Assembly: GCA_947084835.1 (NCBI GenBank)
Contig: CAMTUB010000016.1
Span: 9,738 to 73,737 of the forward strand
Source: an uncultured Bacteroidota bacterium
Lineage (GTDB): Bacteria > Bacteroidota > Bacteroidia > UBA7662 > CAMTUB01
Length of the DNA: 64,000 nt
Direction: 5' to 3'
Shown: positions 39,638 through 50,104 of the stretch, one piece after another
How the letters are laid out: every line of letters starts with the position of its first letter
Numbering within the stretch: the first letter of the stretch is position 1
Notes under the pieces: model-generated
What the model was told of the DNA's origin: nothing
Seen by the model: the letters and a program-made list of their open reading frames with translations, nothing else
The model's database searches: none
Position numbers and translations under genes: made by a program

Positions 39638-40540
39638 TTGAAAAAAGACGACCCTGGCAAATTACTACGACTTTTTAAAGCAGTAAACTTATTAGCCTCG
39701 AATAAAAGAGGCTACACCGTTAAAGAATTGGCTGAAAAGTTACAATCGAGTTGGAGAACGGTTTACCGCGATTTAGAAATAATAGAAAAAACAGGTTTTA
39801 CTTTATCCAGAAACACGATTACGAAGCGGGTTCACCTTACACGTGCCGAAGATTGGTCAGAGTCTGTTGGATTTAAGAAGGAGGAAGCTGAAATTGTTAA
39901 ACAAGCAATTTTAGGAATGGAACCGGGCTCTTTGAAAGATATTGTGCTTGCAAAAGTTGAAATGCTTTCTGGAAATTCGGTTGAAATTAATGTGCTAAAG
40001 AATGCCCGAAAAAGCATTGTTTTTGGTAAATTAATGGATGCTTTAAAACAAAAAAAGCAAGTAAAATTAGTTGATTACCAGTCGGTAAGTTCAAATTCAG
40101 TTTCTACTAGACTCGTTGAGCCTTTTGATTTTAACGATGGTGTAACCTCTGTGCTAGCATATGAACCTGCTAGTAAAATGAATAAGCATTTTAAAATTGA
40201 TAGAATCTTAGAAGTTGTGGTTACGGATTATTTGTGGCAAAACGAAGTTCATCACAAAAAAGAAAAGGTAGATTTGTTTGGCGTTTCAGGCGAAAAAACA
40301 GAGCTAATTTCTTGGGAAATGGGCAACTTGTCTAATACCATGTTACGAGAAGAATACCCAAGAGCAACCCCATTTATTAAAGCGTTGGATAATGGGATCT
40401 ATTTGTTTTCAGCTGAAGTATATTCTTTTAAAGCCCCGATGCGGTTTGTTTTAGGATTATTAGACGATGTTGAAGTTAAAAGCTCGGCATCTTTCAAGAA
40501 ACAATTGAAAGAGAAGTTGAAAAAAACTAAAATTGTGTAA
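39638..40540 (+). CDS. HTH + WYL domain transcriptional regulator
   Basis: TVKELAEKL...RTVYRDL HTH; Y.S...RLVEP...FKIDRI WYL core. Confidence 0.88.
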   Translation: MKKDDPGKLLRLFKAVNLLASNKRGYTVKELAEKLQSSWRTVYRDLEIIEKTGFTLSRNTITKRVHLTRAEDWSESVGFKKEEAEIVKQAILGMEPGSLKDIVLAKVEMLSGNSVEINVLKNARKSIVFGKLMDALKQKKQVKLVDYQSVSSNSVSTRLVEPFDFNDGVTSVLAYEPASKMNKHFKIDRILEVVVTDYLWQNEVHHKKEKVDLFGVSGEKTELISWEMGNLSNTMLREEYPRATPFIKALDNGIYLFSAEVYSFKAPMRFVLGLLDDVEVKSSASFKKQLKEKLKKTKIV

Positions 40541-40564
40541 TGCTTTTATTAAACGTAAAATAAA

Positions 40565-41026
40565 TTGATTTCTAAAAAAACAAAATATGCCATTAATGCG
40601 CTCAAGGTTTTGGCGGATGCTAATACAAAAGAGCCATTGTCAACCCTTGATATTGCTTCAAGAGGGCATATTCCTAAAAAGTTTTTAGAAACCATTTTGC
40701 TTGAGCTCAAAGCAGGCGGTTATGTAACTAGTAGGCGTGGAAAAGCGGGGGGATATTTGTTGTTGATGAATCCCAAAGACATTAATTTTGCCGATTTAAT
40801 GCGTTTGTTTGATGGTCCGATTGGTCTTTTGCCATGTGTTACCCACAAATATTACGAACCTTGCGAAGAGTGCATTGACGAGGTAACCTGTGGTATTCGT
40901 TCAGTTTTTAAAGAAGTACGAGATGTAACGGTTGCAATTCTTAAAGATCGAACCCTCGATTCTATATTGAAAAAAGAAGGGCAATTAAAAGATTGGAAAG
41001 CCAAAGGTTTTACGGATGATTTGTAA
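40565..41026 (+). CDS. Rrf2 family transcriptional regulator
   Basis: KTKYAI, KFLETILLEL, SRRGKAGGY, Cys cluster PCV...CEEC...C. Confidence 0.92.
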   Translation: MISKKTKYAINALKVLADANTKEPLSTLDIASRGHIPKKFLETILLELKAGGYVTSRRGKAGGYLLLMNPKDINFADLMRLFDGPIGLLPCVTHKYYEPCEECIDEVTCGIRSVFKEVRDVTVAILKDRTLDSILKKEGQLKDWKAKGFTDDL

Positions 41027-41444
41027 AAAAGCGTACTTGCAATAAATCGGTTTCTTGTAAACTTTTCTTTATTCGATTAATAAAGCCAACGGGCGTTTGC
41101 GCATCGGCACGAATTATTATTTTAAGTTTTTCAATTTCAATAGGCTGTAATTGCTCTTTTTCGCTGATAAGCCAGCTTTTTAAGTCTTCTGGCGAGCCAG
41201 AAAGTTTTCCAAAATAGCAAACTGAACTGTCGTTTTTGGTGGATACAATGATGCTTAGCTGATTGTTTATTCTATCATTATTTGAATTTTTAGCACTCGG
41301 CAAATTCACTTTAACCGTTTGCTGGGTAGTTCTAAAAACTGCAGAGACCATAAAGAAAAACAGCAAAATAAATACAACATCGGGTAGCGATGCGGTTGAT
41401 ATTTCGGGGTTAACTCGTTTTATGTTTTTTCGAAATACGCTCAT
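41010..41444 (-). CDS. Biopolymer transporter ExbD/TolR family
   Basis: ISTASLPDVVFILLFFFMV, IRAD. Confidence 0.88.
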   Translation of the reverse strand: MSVFRKNIKRVNPEISTASLPDVVFILLFFFMVSAVFRTTQQTVKVNLPSAKNSNNDRINNQLSIIVSTKNDSSVCYFGKLSGSPEDLKSWLISEKEQLQPIEIEKLKIIIRADAQTPVGFINRIKKSLQETDLLQVRFFTNHP

Positions 41445-41965
41445 TCTTCAGCAACCCGCATCGGGATTTGTTTATAGAGAGAATCTTTTAATGCTGATGG
41501 TAACGCACTGTAGCTTTGGTTGAATATTTCAAGACTTTTAACAACGTAAACACGAATATAACCCGACCGTAATGAGTCATAAAGGCGGATATATTGTTGG
41601 TAAGGAGTTTTGTCTGTAGCAGTTATCGTTATTAAAGCTTTATTGCTGTTTTCTGCGTTTTGATTTGATTTTGTAGGGTTGGCTACAAAACTTTCAATTA
41701 TCGATGGTATTGAGTCCCATGGCATTTGCTGATTTTTTATAAGAACGATATCGTTATCCAATTTAATTTCTAACAGGTTGCGCTCATCGATGGGTTCGCT
41801 AATAACCGTAGCCTCATTGTTGTTGGGAGGTAAATTTATGGGTATATTTTTGCGACTTTGCATGCTTGAGGTTACAAGAAAAAAAATCAGCAATAAGAAT
41901 CCAATGTCTGCCATTGTTCCTGCATTAATTTTACTTTCTGGTCTATGTAACCTGCGAAAACCCAT
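41441..41965 (-). CDS. Biopolymer transporter ExbD/TolR family
   Basis: INAGTMADIGFLLLIFFLVT, LPP, IPMRVAE. Confidence 0.88.
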   Translation of the reverse strand: MGFRRLHRPESKINAGTMADIGFLLLIFFLVTSSMQSRKNIPINLPPNNNEATVISEPIDERNLLEIKLDNDIVLIKNQQMPWDSIPSIIESFVANPTKSNQNAENSNKALITITATDKTPYQQYIRLYDSLRSGYIRVYVVKSLEIFNQSYSALPSALKDSLYKQIPMRVAEE

Positions 41966-41967
41966 TG

Positions 41968-42273
41968 TTATTTTTTAATCAGGTGTTTCAACTCAACGAA
42001 AACAATGGCACAAATTGCTCCAACTAAAAAAATACCAGCCAAATAAATGCCAATACCCGATAAAATTAAAGAAATGGGTTCAGATTTAGTAGGCAATAAT
42101 AGGTAGGCAATAGTGCACGTAACTAAAAAAACGCTTACGCTATTAGCCCATTTTCTAGCCAATTTTTCTTCATAGATAACTCTTTTAATACCAAAAAAAG
42201 CCAAAATAAGAACCGCTATTAAAGCGAGGCAATATGCTGTTATCAGCAAAATGTTTAGTAAAGTAATATTCAC
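41968..42273 (-). CDS. Hypothetical three-TM membrane protein in the exbB-exbD operon
   Basis: Three hydrophobic segments; overlapping or abutting neighbours. Confidence 0.7.
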   Translation of the reverse strand: MNITLLNILLITAYCLALIAVLILAFFGIKRVIYEEKLARKWANSVSVFLVTCTIAYLLLPTKSEPISLILSGIGIYLAGIFLVGAICAIVFVELKHLIKK

Positions 42274-43004
42274 TTTTTGTTTTTAACCAAAATGTCAACC
42301 AACGCAATACTTGCATCTTCCATTACAATCACGATCCTATCAATTCTAGAAATGATATAGTTGTAGAAAACCTGCAGAATAATAGCTACAATTAAACCTC
42401 CAACGGTAGTCAATAAAGCTACTTTAATACCATGCGCTACAATGGTTGGCGAAATGTCGCCTGCAGCTTCAATATCATCAAATGCGATAATCATACCCAC
42501 AACCGTACCTAAAAATCCAAGCATGGGAGCAATAGAAATGAAAAGTGAAATCCAAACTAATCCGCGTTCTAACAATCCCATTTGTACTGACCCACTTGCA
42601 ATAATTGACTTTTCAACCACATCAATTCCTTCGGGGTACCGCTCTAAACCCTGTTGGATAATAGTTGCAACGGGCCCTTTAGTGTCTCTACAAGTTTCAA
42701 TAGCAGCTTCAAAATTGTTAGTTTTTACAGATTCTTCAATCTTTTTTAACAATAATTTAGGGTCAGACATTGAAATATTCAAATAAATAATTCGCTCAAT
42801 AACAATGGCTAAACCAAAAATGAAGCACAGTAAAATTGGAGTCATCCACTGCCATCCACCCTCCATAAACTTATCTCGAATAACGAAGTGAGCATTCGAA
42901 GTTTTATCATCTATTGTTGTGGAATCTATTGCAACTGTTTGAGCTAGGGTAAACAAAGGCATCAACACTGCGATAAAAGCTAAACTGAGTTTGTTTTTTT
43001 TCAT
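42270..43004 (-). CDS. MotA/TolQ/ExbB proton channel family protein
   Basis: EGGWQWM, IERI, APMLGFLGTVVGMI, GIKVALLTTVGGL. Confidence 0.93.
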   Translation of the reverse strand: MKKNKLSLAFIAVLMPLFTLAQTVAIDSTTIDDKTSNAHFVIRDKFMEGGWQWMTPILLCFIFGLAIVIERIIYLNISMSDPKLLLKKIEESVKTNNFEAAIETCRDTKGPVATIIQQGLERYPEGIDVVEKSIIASGSVQMGLLERGLVWISLFISIAPMLGFLGTVVGMIIAFDDIEAAGDISPTIVAHGIKVALLTTVGGLIVAIILQVFYNYIISRIDRIVIVMEDASIALVDILVKNKK

Positions 43005-43059
43005 AAAACGGTTTACAAACCTACGTAAGGATATTAAAATTTGCATGTAATTAGAAAGC

Positions 43060-43746
43060 CTATTTGTTCAAAGTTAATCGATATCCGTATCCATGTATGG
43101 TATCAATAGTAATTTGGGGGTCAATTTTTAAATGTTTGCGGAGCTTTGTTATAAAAACGTCCATTGATCGACCCGTAAAATAATCGTCCTTTCCCCAAAT
43201 TTCATTTAGGATAAAATCTCTAAGTAAAATTTCGCCCGGATGCTTGCAGAATAATTTAAGCAATGCCGATTCTTTTGAAGTGAGGTAATTCACTTTTGAA
43301 TCGAGTATTAGAGTATCCTTTTCAGAGTGAAATTTGATGTTGCCTAAGGTATATTCAATTTTATCGTTAGACTCTACAACCGTTTTTCTGCGCAGAAAGA
43401 TTTTTATTTTAAGTAGTAATTCTTGTATGCTGTAAGGTTTGGTAACGTAGTCGTCTGCACCAATCATGAGTCCCGAAATCCTATCTTCAGGCATCGATTT
43501 AGCCGTTAAAAACAGAATAGGGATGTTTTTGTTGGTTTTGCGGATTTCCGAAACAATGGCCATTCCGTCTAATGCTGGCAGCATGATGTCGATTAAGCAG
43601 ATGTCGTAATTTTGCAGTGGAAATGCATTTAAAGCTTTTTTTCCATTGCTAAAATGGTCAACTATATAGCCTTCAACAGCTAATACATCTTTGGTAACGA
43701 AGCTTAAGTTGTCATCGTCTTCAACGTAAAAAATTCTGGTTTTCAT
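43060..43746 (-). CDS. OmpR-family response regulator (RprY-like)
   Basis: VEDD, DIMLP.LDG, LTAK, GADDYVTKP, RSMDVFITKLRK, HGYGY. Confidence 0.93.
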   Translation of the reverse strand: MKTRIFYVEDDDNLSFVTKDVLAVEGYIVDHFSNGKKALNAFPLQNYDICLIDIMLPALDGMAIVSEIRKTNKNIPILFLTAKSMPEDRISGLMIGADDYVTKPYSIQELLLKIKIFLRRKTVVESNDKIEYTLGNIKFHSEKDTLILDSKVNYLTSKESALLKLFCKHPGEILLRDFILNEIWGKDDYFTGRSMDVFITKLRKHLKIDPQITIDTIHGYGYRLTLNK

Positions 43747-45011
43747 TTTTTCAATAACGGGATTTCAATTGTAAAGGTTGTGCCATTTTGCAATGTACTA
43801 GCAACGGTAATTTTCCATTGGTGTTGTTTTATCACTTGATTTACATAACTCAGCCCAAGCCCAAATCCTTTCACATTGTGAATATCGCCAGTTGGGACTC
43901 TGTAAAAAGGGGTGAAAATTTGCTTTAAAAACTTTGAATCTATGCCTATGCCGTTGTCTTTAAAAATGAGTAAGGTAGATTGTTTCTTTGAAACCAGCTC
44001 AATAGTAATTACGGGTGTTTTGATGCAATATTTTTTGGCATTATCTAATAAATTATAGAGTAAGTTTTCGAAATGCAATGCATCGGCTTCAACTAAAATA
44101 CGATTTGATAAGCTTGTAAATGAAATGTCTATTTCTTCGGAGTTTTTCCAATGAGTAACTAATGCTTCTAGCCAGTCGTTTAAAATAAAAACTGTTTTTT
44201 CGAGCCTAAACGGATTTTTCTCATCTAAAGCTAATTGTAAAACACGTTCAACATTGTTTCTGATTCTGTTGTTTTCTTGCTTTATAATGGTAACGTAATT
44301 TTTAAATCGATCTTCTTGCTGAATTAATTCGGAAGATAAAAGTACATCTGAAGCAATTTCAATGGTAGAAATAGGTGTTTTAAATTCGTGGGTTAGGTTA
44401 TTTACAAATGCTTTTCGAATTTCGGATAAGCGTTGTTGATCGAGTATTACATAAATAGCATATCCAAAAAATACAATAACAACTAAAAGTATCAAACTAG
44501 AATAAAGCCAAATGCCCATTTCTCCGGCTAATATTACTTTCTTGTTGGTAAACCGTACTCCAAAATAGTAATTAAAGCCTTTGAATTTGGGTAATTCTCG
44601 AGTAGGTTTTGATATTTTATCTGGGTTTGAGAGGTGTACCTCATCGGCATACATCATTTTATCGTTGGAACAATCGTAAATGCCAAATTCAAAATCCGAT
44701 TTTATGTTGTGTTTTTTGAATGATGAAAGCAAATAATTTTTCAGAACAGACGGCTCCATATCCTCATCGTTAACATTAACAACAAAGTAATCTGAAGTTA
44801 ATTGGTTTACTGGATTGGTGGTGGTGGGCATTGCCTTGTTGTAAACGGCCATTAAATCAGCTACTTCGAGCAATGCAATGTGTGCAGATTGGTTAAATTG
44901 TTTGTCTTTTACATCAAATGCTTTTTGTAGCCAATAAAACTGCAGTAATGAAACGCCTATAATCGACATTATACCAAAAATGACGACAACTTTTACCCTT
45001 AGATTCTTCAA
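43743..45011 (-). CDS. Membrane sensor histidine kinase (RprX-like)
   Basis: Two TMs, THEFKTPIST, NLLDNA, DNGIGI, VKGFGLGLSYV. Confidence 0.93.
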   Translation of the reverse strand: MKNLRVKVVVIFGIMSIIGVSLLQFYWLQKAFDVKDKQFNQSAHIALLEVADLMAVYNKAMPTTTNPVNQLTSDYFVVNVNDEDMEPSVLKNYLLSSFKKHNIKSDFEFGIYDCSNDKMMYADEVHLSNPDKISKPTRELPKFKGFNYYFGVRFTNKKVILAGEMGIWLYSSLILLVVIVFFGYAIYVILDQQRLSEIRKAFVNNLTHEFKTPISTIEIASDVLLSSELIQQEDRFKNYVTIIKQENNRIRNNVERVLQLALDEKNPFRLEKTVFILNDWLEALVTHWKNSEEIDISFTSLSNRILVEADALHFENLLYNLLDNAKKYCIKTPVITIELVSKKQSTLLIFKDNGIGIDSKFLKQIFTPFYRVPTGDIHNVKGFGLGLSYVNQVIKQHQWKITVASTLQNGTTFTIEIPLLKK

Positions 45012-45088
45012 ATCTTGATTAAAGCATCAAGATACTTTGGTTAGTTTAGAAATTGTATATATTTGACTTAAATCCTAAATTTTTTATT

Positions 45089-45832
45089 GTGTTAAAGTTA
45101 TTTTTAGTAATTTCTAGCCTGCTATTATTGAGTTCAGTTCAACTTATTGCGCAAGCTAAACATGAACTTAAAGCAAGTTTAAGTTTGTCGAAAGTTGAGA
45201 AAGACTCTATTGAAGAGAGTAAGCCAGAAATTAAAGATGACATTTTAGTAAAATACCATTTTGATAGATTGGCAAATGCACCCACAGGAATGCAACAGAA
45301 TTTTGGTTCAATGGGCTTATCGGTCGCTTTTTTTTCGGTCCAAAATGTTAAAAAATCAGGGGTAAGTTTTGCTGAAGGAATTGGCTTCAGTTCTCGTAAT
45401 TATAAAAACAATGTTGGGAATTGGCAAACTGATTCAGTTACTGAAAACGGAATTAAAAGATCTCCATTTTATTTAATTCCCGATTCACTTTACAAATCGA
45501 ATAAAATTGTGCTTACCACAGTCGATATTCCGTTAGAAATCAGGTTTGCGTTTAAATCTAAGAGGAGCGATAACGTTTTTAAGCTTGCTACTGGCATTAC
45601 CTTGAGTTATGTAATTGGTTTATCCCGCAAAACTCAAAATGACGCTGGGTACATTGTTAAAGAAAAAAAGGCTGCAGATTTGAAAAATATTGAGTCGTTT
45701 AGATATGCCTATAACGCCCGAATGAGTTACAATAAATTCGGTGTTTTATTCTCTTATGATTTGTTGCCGCTATTCAATAAAAGCAATTCACAAGTTACTC
45801 CTTTTGCTTTTGGAATAGTTTATTTGCCTTAA
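45089..45832 (+). CDS. Outer membrane beta-barrel protein (PorT/OMP_b-brl-like)
   Basis: Signal peptide, alternating beta pattern, DIPLEIRF, YDLLPLF, aromatic C-terminus; start uncertain (45053 or 45089). Confidence 0.7.
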   Translation: MLKLFLVISSLLLLSSVQLIAQAKHELKASLSLSKVEKDSIEESKPEIKDDILVKYHFDRLANAPTGMQQNFGSMGLSVAFFSVQNVKKSGVSFAEGIGFSSRNYKNNVGNWQTDSVTENGIKRSPFYLIPDSLYKSNKIVLTTVDIPLEIRFAFKSKRSDNVFKLATGITLSYVIGLSRKTQNDAGYIVKEKKAADLKNIESFRYAYNARMSYNKFGVLFSYDLLPLFNKSNSQVTPFAFGIVYLP

Positions 45833-46740
45833 TTAGCGTTTTTGATTAGCATTTCAAAGGCAATCCCCTCTCGAAGTGCAAAGTTGGTATGGTAAAATTC
45901 TGTGGGTTTAAATTTTTTGATAACCTCTTGGATAAAAACTAGGGAAAGAACATAAAAATCTACCCTTAAAGGAAGCATTCCTTTAATCGAAAATCTATTC
46001 TCACGTGTAGAATTTAATATATCGGAACAATGATTTTCAATATCACTGAGTTCAAGTTCTGCAAAATCAGTTGATTTATTGGTTGAAATAGCATCTTTCA
46101 AGGTGTCGAAAGTGCCAGCACAACCTATAAGTCGGTCAAATTGTTGTTCATAAAATGAAGGGTGAAGTTGGCTTAGGTTTTTCTGGATCCATTGTCTGTA
46201 CATATCAACGATTGTTTTTGATATGGGATCCGATATAGGAAAAAGAGAGATGGCTCGTTGCATGCCAATTTCTAAACTCTGCTTGAATTCGGTTTGATTT
46301 TTCGGTTTGCCGATAAATTCAATACTTCCCCCACCAATATCAATCGATAAAGAGTTATCTGTATTGACTCCCGATGCTAAAATGCCTTTATAAATTAGTT
46401 CTGCTTCTCGGTTGCCTTCAACAATCTCAAATGTAGCTGTTCCAGATACAATGGTTGAAAGGGCGTCAAAACCATTTATTGAATTACGAAATGCGGATGT
46501 TGCAACTACATGTTTTTTAAGATTTCTAAATGGTTTAATGGCTGATAAAAGGGATTGATATGCTTTCAACCCCCTTTCTAAAGCAGCCGTTGATATGTTT
46601 TTAGACTCTAATCCTCCATCTTTTCCTAATAAAGCGACTTCTGAAGCAGCAAAAACCCGAATCAGTTTTCCCCCTTTTAGTTCAGCAACTAAAACATTAA
46701 ATAAATTGGTTCCAAAGTCAAAAACTGCAATTTGTGCCAT
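45829..46740 (-). CDS. Ppx/GppA family phosphatase
   Basis: FDFGTN, ATSAFRN, EAELIY, DIGGGSIE, ALREG. Confidence 0.9.
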   Translation of the reverse strand: MAQIAVFDFGTNLFNVLVAELKGGKLIRVFAASEVALLGKDGGLESKNISTAALERGLKAYQSLLSAIKPFRNLKKHVVATSAFRNSINGFDALSTIVSGTATFEIVEGNREAELIYKGILASGVNTDNSLSIDIGGGSIEFIGKPKNQTEFKQSLEIGMQRAISLFPISDPISKTIVDMYRQWIQKNLSQLHPSFYEQQFDRLIGCAGTFDTLKDAISTNKSTDFAELELSDIENHCSDILNSTRENRFSIKGMLPLRVDFYVLSLVFIQEVIKKFKPTEFYHTNFALREGIAFEMLIKNAN

Positions 46741-48029
46741 TATAATTTATAAAACATCCACTTATAAATTTCTTTAAAAGTGGGCTTTTTCCCGTAAATC
46801 AATATACCAACACGATAAATTCTAGCGCTAATCCATACTGTTCCTATGAAACCTAGAATTAGCAATCCTGCTGAAAGTGCAACTTGCCAAATTGGTGGGT
46901 CAAATGGTAACCGAACCATCATTACAACAGGAGAAAAGAGAGGAATGATAGAAAACCAAAATGCCATATCGCTGTTTGGGTTTTGGACTACAATTTGGCT
47001 TACCATAAACCCAATTAATAAAGGAACCGTAACTGGGAAAACGAGTTGTTGCGTATCGCTTTCACTATCAACTGCCGATCCAATTGCAGCAAATAATGCA
47101 GAGTATAAAAGGTAGCCTCCAATAAAGTAAAAGAAAAACATACCAATTAAATATGGCAGATTTAGTGTGCTGATGGCGTTCATTATTTCACCCGTCAATT
47201 GAGGTTGGTTTGCAGCAACATCGCTAACTTGTTGTGTTGTTGCTGCGCCTTGCATATCGAAAAAGTTAATACCAACAGAGTAAAGAACTGTGGTTATTCC
47301 AATCCACAACGCAAATTGGAGTAGCCCTACACATGCAATTCCAATTATTTTACCCATCATTAATTCAAAGGGTTTTACCGATGAAATGATGATTTCTATT
47401 ATTCTATTTGATTTTTCTTCAACCACGCCACGCATCACCATCGTACCAAAAAGTATGATGAAAATATACATCAAAATGGAACCTATATACCCAACAGCTG
47501 AAGCAGCTCCAGTATTGCTCGATTGTTCCCCCGATTCAGAGAATTTCAGGGTGTTTATGGTTACTTTAGTTTTTAATGAGTCTAAAAAAGATTGATTAAC
47601 CCCACTTTTTTTTAAGCGTAGATTTGTGATTTCCTTTTCAAAAGAGCTTTCTACATAGTTCATTGCTTGCATGCTCAACGCATTTGATCCTATGTAGGTT
47701 ATTTCTTTAGGATTTTGAATGTCAAAATCTTTGGGTATAACTAGCAATCCTGTTTCTTCATCGTTTTTAATAGAATCTTTAAGAAGCTCTAGGTCATCCT
47801 GCGAAAAAATGAACTCAATTTGGTTGCCATTTTTTAGTTTGTTTTCAAAAATGCCACTGCTGTCTAAAACTAAAATTTGTTGTTTATTGTCGGAGTTTTT
47901 TGAAATTAAAACGGGTACAAAAATTATCAAAGACATGAAAATTGGTCCCAAAAAAGTGCTAATCAAAAATTGCTTTGATTTTACCCGTGTTAAAAACTCA
48001 CGACTTATTATATGTGAAATCTTATTCAT
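46740..48029 (-). CDS. ABC transporter permease (NatB/ABC-2 like)
   Basis: REFLTRVK, GVVEEKSNRIIE, MGKIIG, FAAIGS, IYRVGIL. Confidence 0.9.
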   Translation of the reverse strand: MNKISHIISREFLTRVKSKQFLISTFLGPIFMSLIIFVPVLISKNSDNKQQILVLDSSGIFENKLKNGNQIEFIFSQDDLELLKDSIKNDEETGLLVIPKDFDIQNPKEITYIGSNALSMQAMNYVESSFEKEITNLRLKKSGVNQSFLDSLKTKVTINTLKFSESGEQSSNTGAASAVGYIGSILMYIFIILFGTMVMRGVVEEKSNRIIEIIISSVKPFELMMGKIIGIACVGLLQFALWIGITTVLYSVGINFFDMQGAATTQQVSDVAANQPQLTGEIMNAISTLNLPYLIGMFFFYFIGGYLLYSALFAAIGSAVDSESDTQQLVFPVTVPLLIGFMVSQIVVQNPNSDMAFWFSIIPLFSPVVMMVRLPFDPPIWQVALSAGLLILGFIGTVWISARIYRVGILIYGKKPTFKEIYKWMFYKL

Positions 48030-48927
48030 GAATGGTGTCTTTAATGGTTTTGATGAATATGTCGTTAAATGTTGGCGTTTTTTCGTGTAAACTGTGAATC
48101 TCGATGTGGTTTATTAAATAAGCCAAAATAGAATTTGTGGTGATATTGTCAGTTAATGAAATTGTTGAAGACTTCATCTCATCGTCCTCTTTAAACGAAA
48201 TTATTTGGCAGCCGTAAGGCAATTCAGGCATATTTCCTGTATAAGTAATCGTATATTCATTGGTGCGGTTCTGTTTGCGAATATCGCTTATAGAGCCATT
48301 TAAAACAGGTTTAGAGTTATAAAGCATCACAATGTTTTTGCATAATTCTTCAACCGTTTCCATCCTATGGGTACTCAGCATAAATGTGGTGCCTTTACGG
48401 TTCAATTCCAGTACTTCGTTTTTAATCATGGCAGCATTTAGTGGGTCGAAACCGCTAAATGGCTCATCCAAAATAACAAATTCGGGTTTGTGAATTACTG
48501 TAACAATAAATTGTAGCTTTTGCTGCATTCCTTTTGAAAGTTCTTCAACTTTTAAATCCCACCAGGTTTGTATTTCAAATTTTTCGAACCAATATTTAGC
48601 CTCATTAAAAGCATCTTTTGATGAAAGCCCTTTTAGCTTAGCTAAATAAATTGCCAAGTCACTGGCTTTCATTTTTTTATATAGACCTCGTTCTTCAGGC
48701 AGGTAACCCATTTTAGCAACATCATTTTGTTTTATGGGTTTGTCGTTAAAATAGATTTTTCCTGAGTCAGGATATATAATCTGATTTATAATACGGATGA
48801 GCGTAGTTTTTCCGGCACCGTTGGGTCCAAGAAGTCCAAAAATGTCGCCTTGGGCTACTTCAAACGTAATATTGTCTAGTATTTTTTTGGTGCTATATTC
48901 TTTGCAAACAGATTGAATGCTGAGCAT
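48022..48927 (-). CDS. ABC transporter ATP-binding protein
   Basis: [33 protein letters not shown]. Confidence 0.93.
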   Translation of the reverse strand: MLSIQSVCKEYSTKKILDNITFEVAQGDIFGLLGPNGAGKTTLIRIINQIIYPDSGKIYFNDKPIKQNDVAKMGYLPEERGLYKKMKASDLAIYLAKLKGLSSKDAFNEAKYWFEKFEIQTWWDLKVEELSKGMQQKLQFIVTVIHKPEFVILDEPFSGFDPLNAAMIKNEVLELNRKGTTFMLSTHRMETVEELCKNIVMLYNSKPVLNGSISDIRKQNRTNEYTITYTGNMPELPYGCQIISFKEDDEMKSSTISLTDNITTNSILAYLINHIEIHSLHEKTPTFNDIFIKTIKDTIHE

Positions 48928-49058
48928 ACTTTTTTTTACAAATATAGAATTAAGGGAAGTGTTTAGATAAGGAATATCGAGTATGGGAAAAACAAATTTT
49001 GAAAGGATATTTAATTATATAAATGGCTTTGAATCAGTAAATGTATCTTTGCAGGACT

Positions 49059-50099
49059 TTGGATAATTTAGTAAAACAAGATATTAGAGCACTTTCGTTA
49101 AGCGAATTGCAAAAAGCAGTTGCCGATTTAGGTGAAAAAGCCTTCAGGGCAAAGCAACTGTACGAGTGGATTTGGAAAAAATCGGCACGTAGTTTTGATG
49201 AAATGACCAATTTAAGTACAACTTTTCGCGAAAGCTTAAACGAAAAGTTTTGCATTAATGCAGTAACTGTAGATTTAACGCAGAAAAGCATTGACGGTAC
49301 AATGAAATGCAGGTTTAAGCTCTTCGATAGCCAGTTGATAGAAGGGGTTTTGATTCCGTCTATGAATCGCACTACGGCTTGTATCTCATCGCAAGTTGGT
49401 TGCAGTTTAAGCTGTAAGTTTTGTGCAACAGGTTTTTTAGATCGCAAACGCAATTTAAATGCCGATGAAATTTACGATCAAGTGGTACTCATCAATAATT
49501 TATCTATTGAGTCGAGCGGACATCCCTTAAACAACATTGTATATATGGGAATGGGCGAGCCCATGTTAAACTATGCAAACGTTTTAAAATCGATAGAAAA
49601 AATTACATCACCTGATGGATTAGGAATGTCGCCTAAGCGCATTACCGTTTCAACTGCTGGTGTAGCTAAGATGATTAAAAAGTTAGCTGATGATGCTTCA
49701 AAAGTAAACTTAGCCCTTTCGTTGCATGCTGCTAACGATGAAAAGCGCGACAAAATCATGCCTATAAACGAAACAAATAATTTAGAAGCTTTGGCTGATG
49801 CGCTTAAATATTACTATCAGAAAACGGAGAATAGAGTCACTTTCGAATACATAGTATTCAACAATTTTAACGATTCGTTAGCCGATGCTGCAGAGCTTGC
49901 CAAGTTTTGCAAAAATGTGCCGTGTAAAGTAAATCTAATTGAATACAATCAGGTTGAAAATGTTGAACTTACCAAAACTACAGAAGATAAGCTAGCCGCG
50001 TTTGCAGGGTTTTTAGAATCAAAAAATATAGTAGTAAACGTACGCAGAAGTCGCGGAAAAGACATTGATGCTGCTTGTGGTCAATTAGCTAATAAATAA
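49059..50099 (+). CDS. rlmN: 23S rRNA (adenine-2503-C2) methyltransferase RlmN
   Basis: CISSQVGCSLSCKFC, MGMGEP, SLHA, DIDAACGQL. ATG 49041 overlaps a TATCTTTG promoter element, so TTG 49059 is the likelier start. Confidence 0.95.
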   Translation: MDNLVKQDIRALSLSELQKAVADLGEKAFRAKQLYEWIWKKSARSFDEMTNLSTTFRESLNEKFCINAVTVDLTQKSIDGTMKCRFKLFDSQLIEGVLIPSMNRTTACISSQVGCSLSCKFCATGFLDRKRNLNADEIYDQVVLINNLSIESSGHPLNNIVYMGMGEPMLNYANVLKSIEKITSPDGLGMSPKRITVSTAGVAKMIKKLADDASKVNLALSLHAANDEKRDKIMPINETNNLEALADALKYYYQKTENRVTFEYIVFNNFNDSLADAAELAKFCKNVPCKVNLIEYNQVENVELTKTTEDKLAAFAGFLESKNIVVNVRRSRGKDIDAACGQLANK

Positions 50100-50104
50100 A
50101 ATTA

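Noticed and set aside
49034-49453. 139-aa antisense ORF, and the many other 60-130 aa opposite-strand ORFs in the track
   Set aside because: They lie antisense to well-conserved genes and have no recognisable motifs
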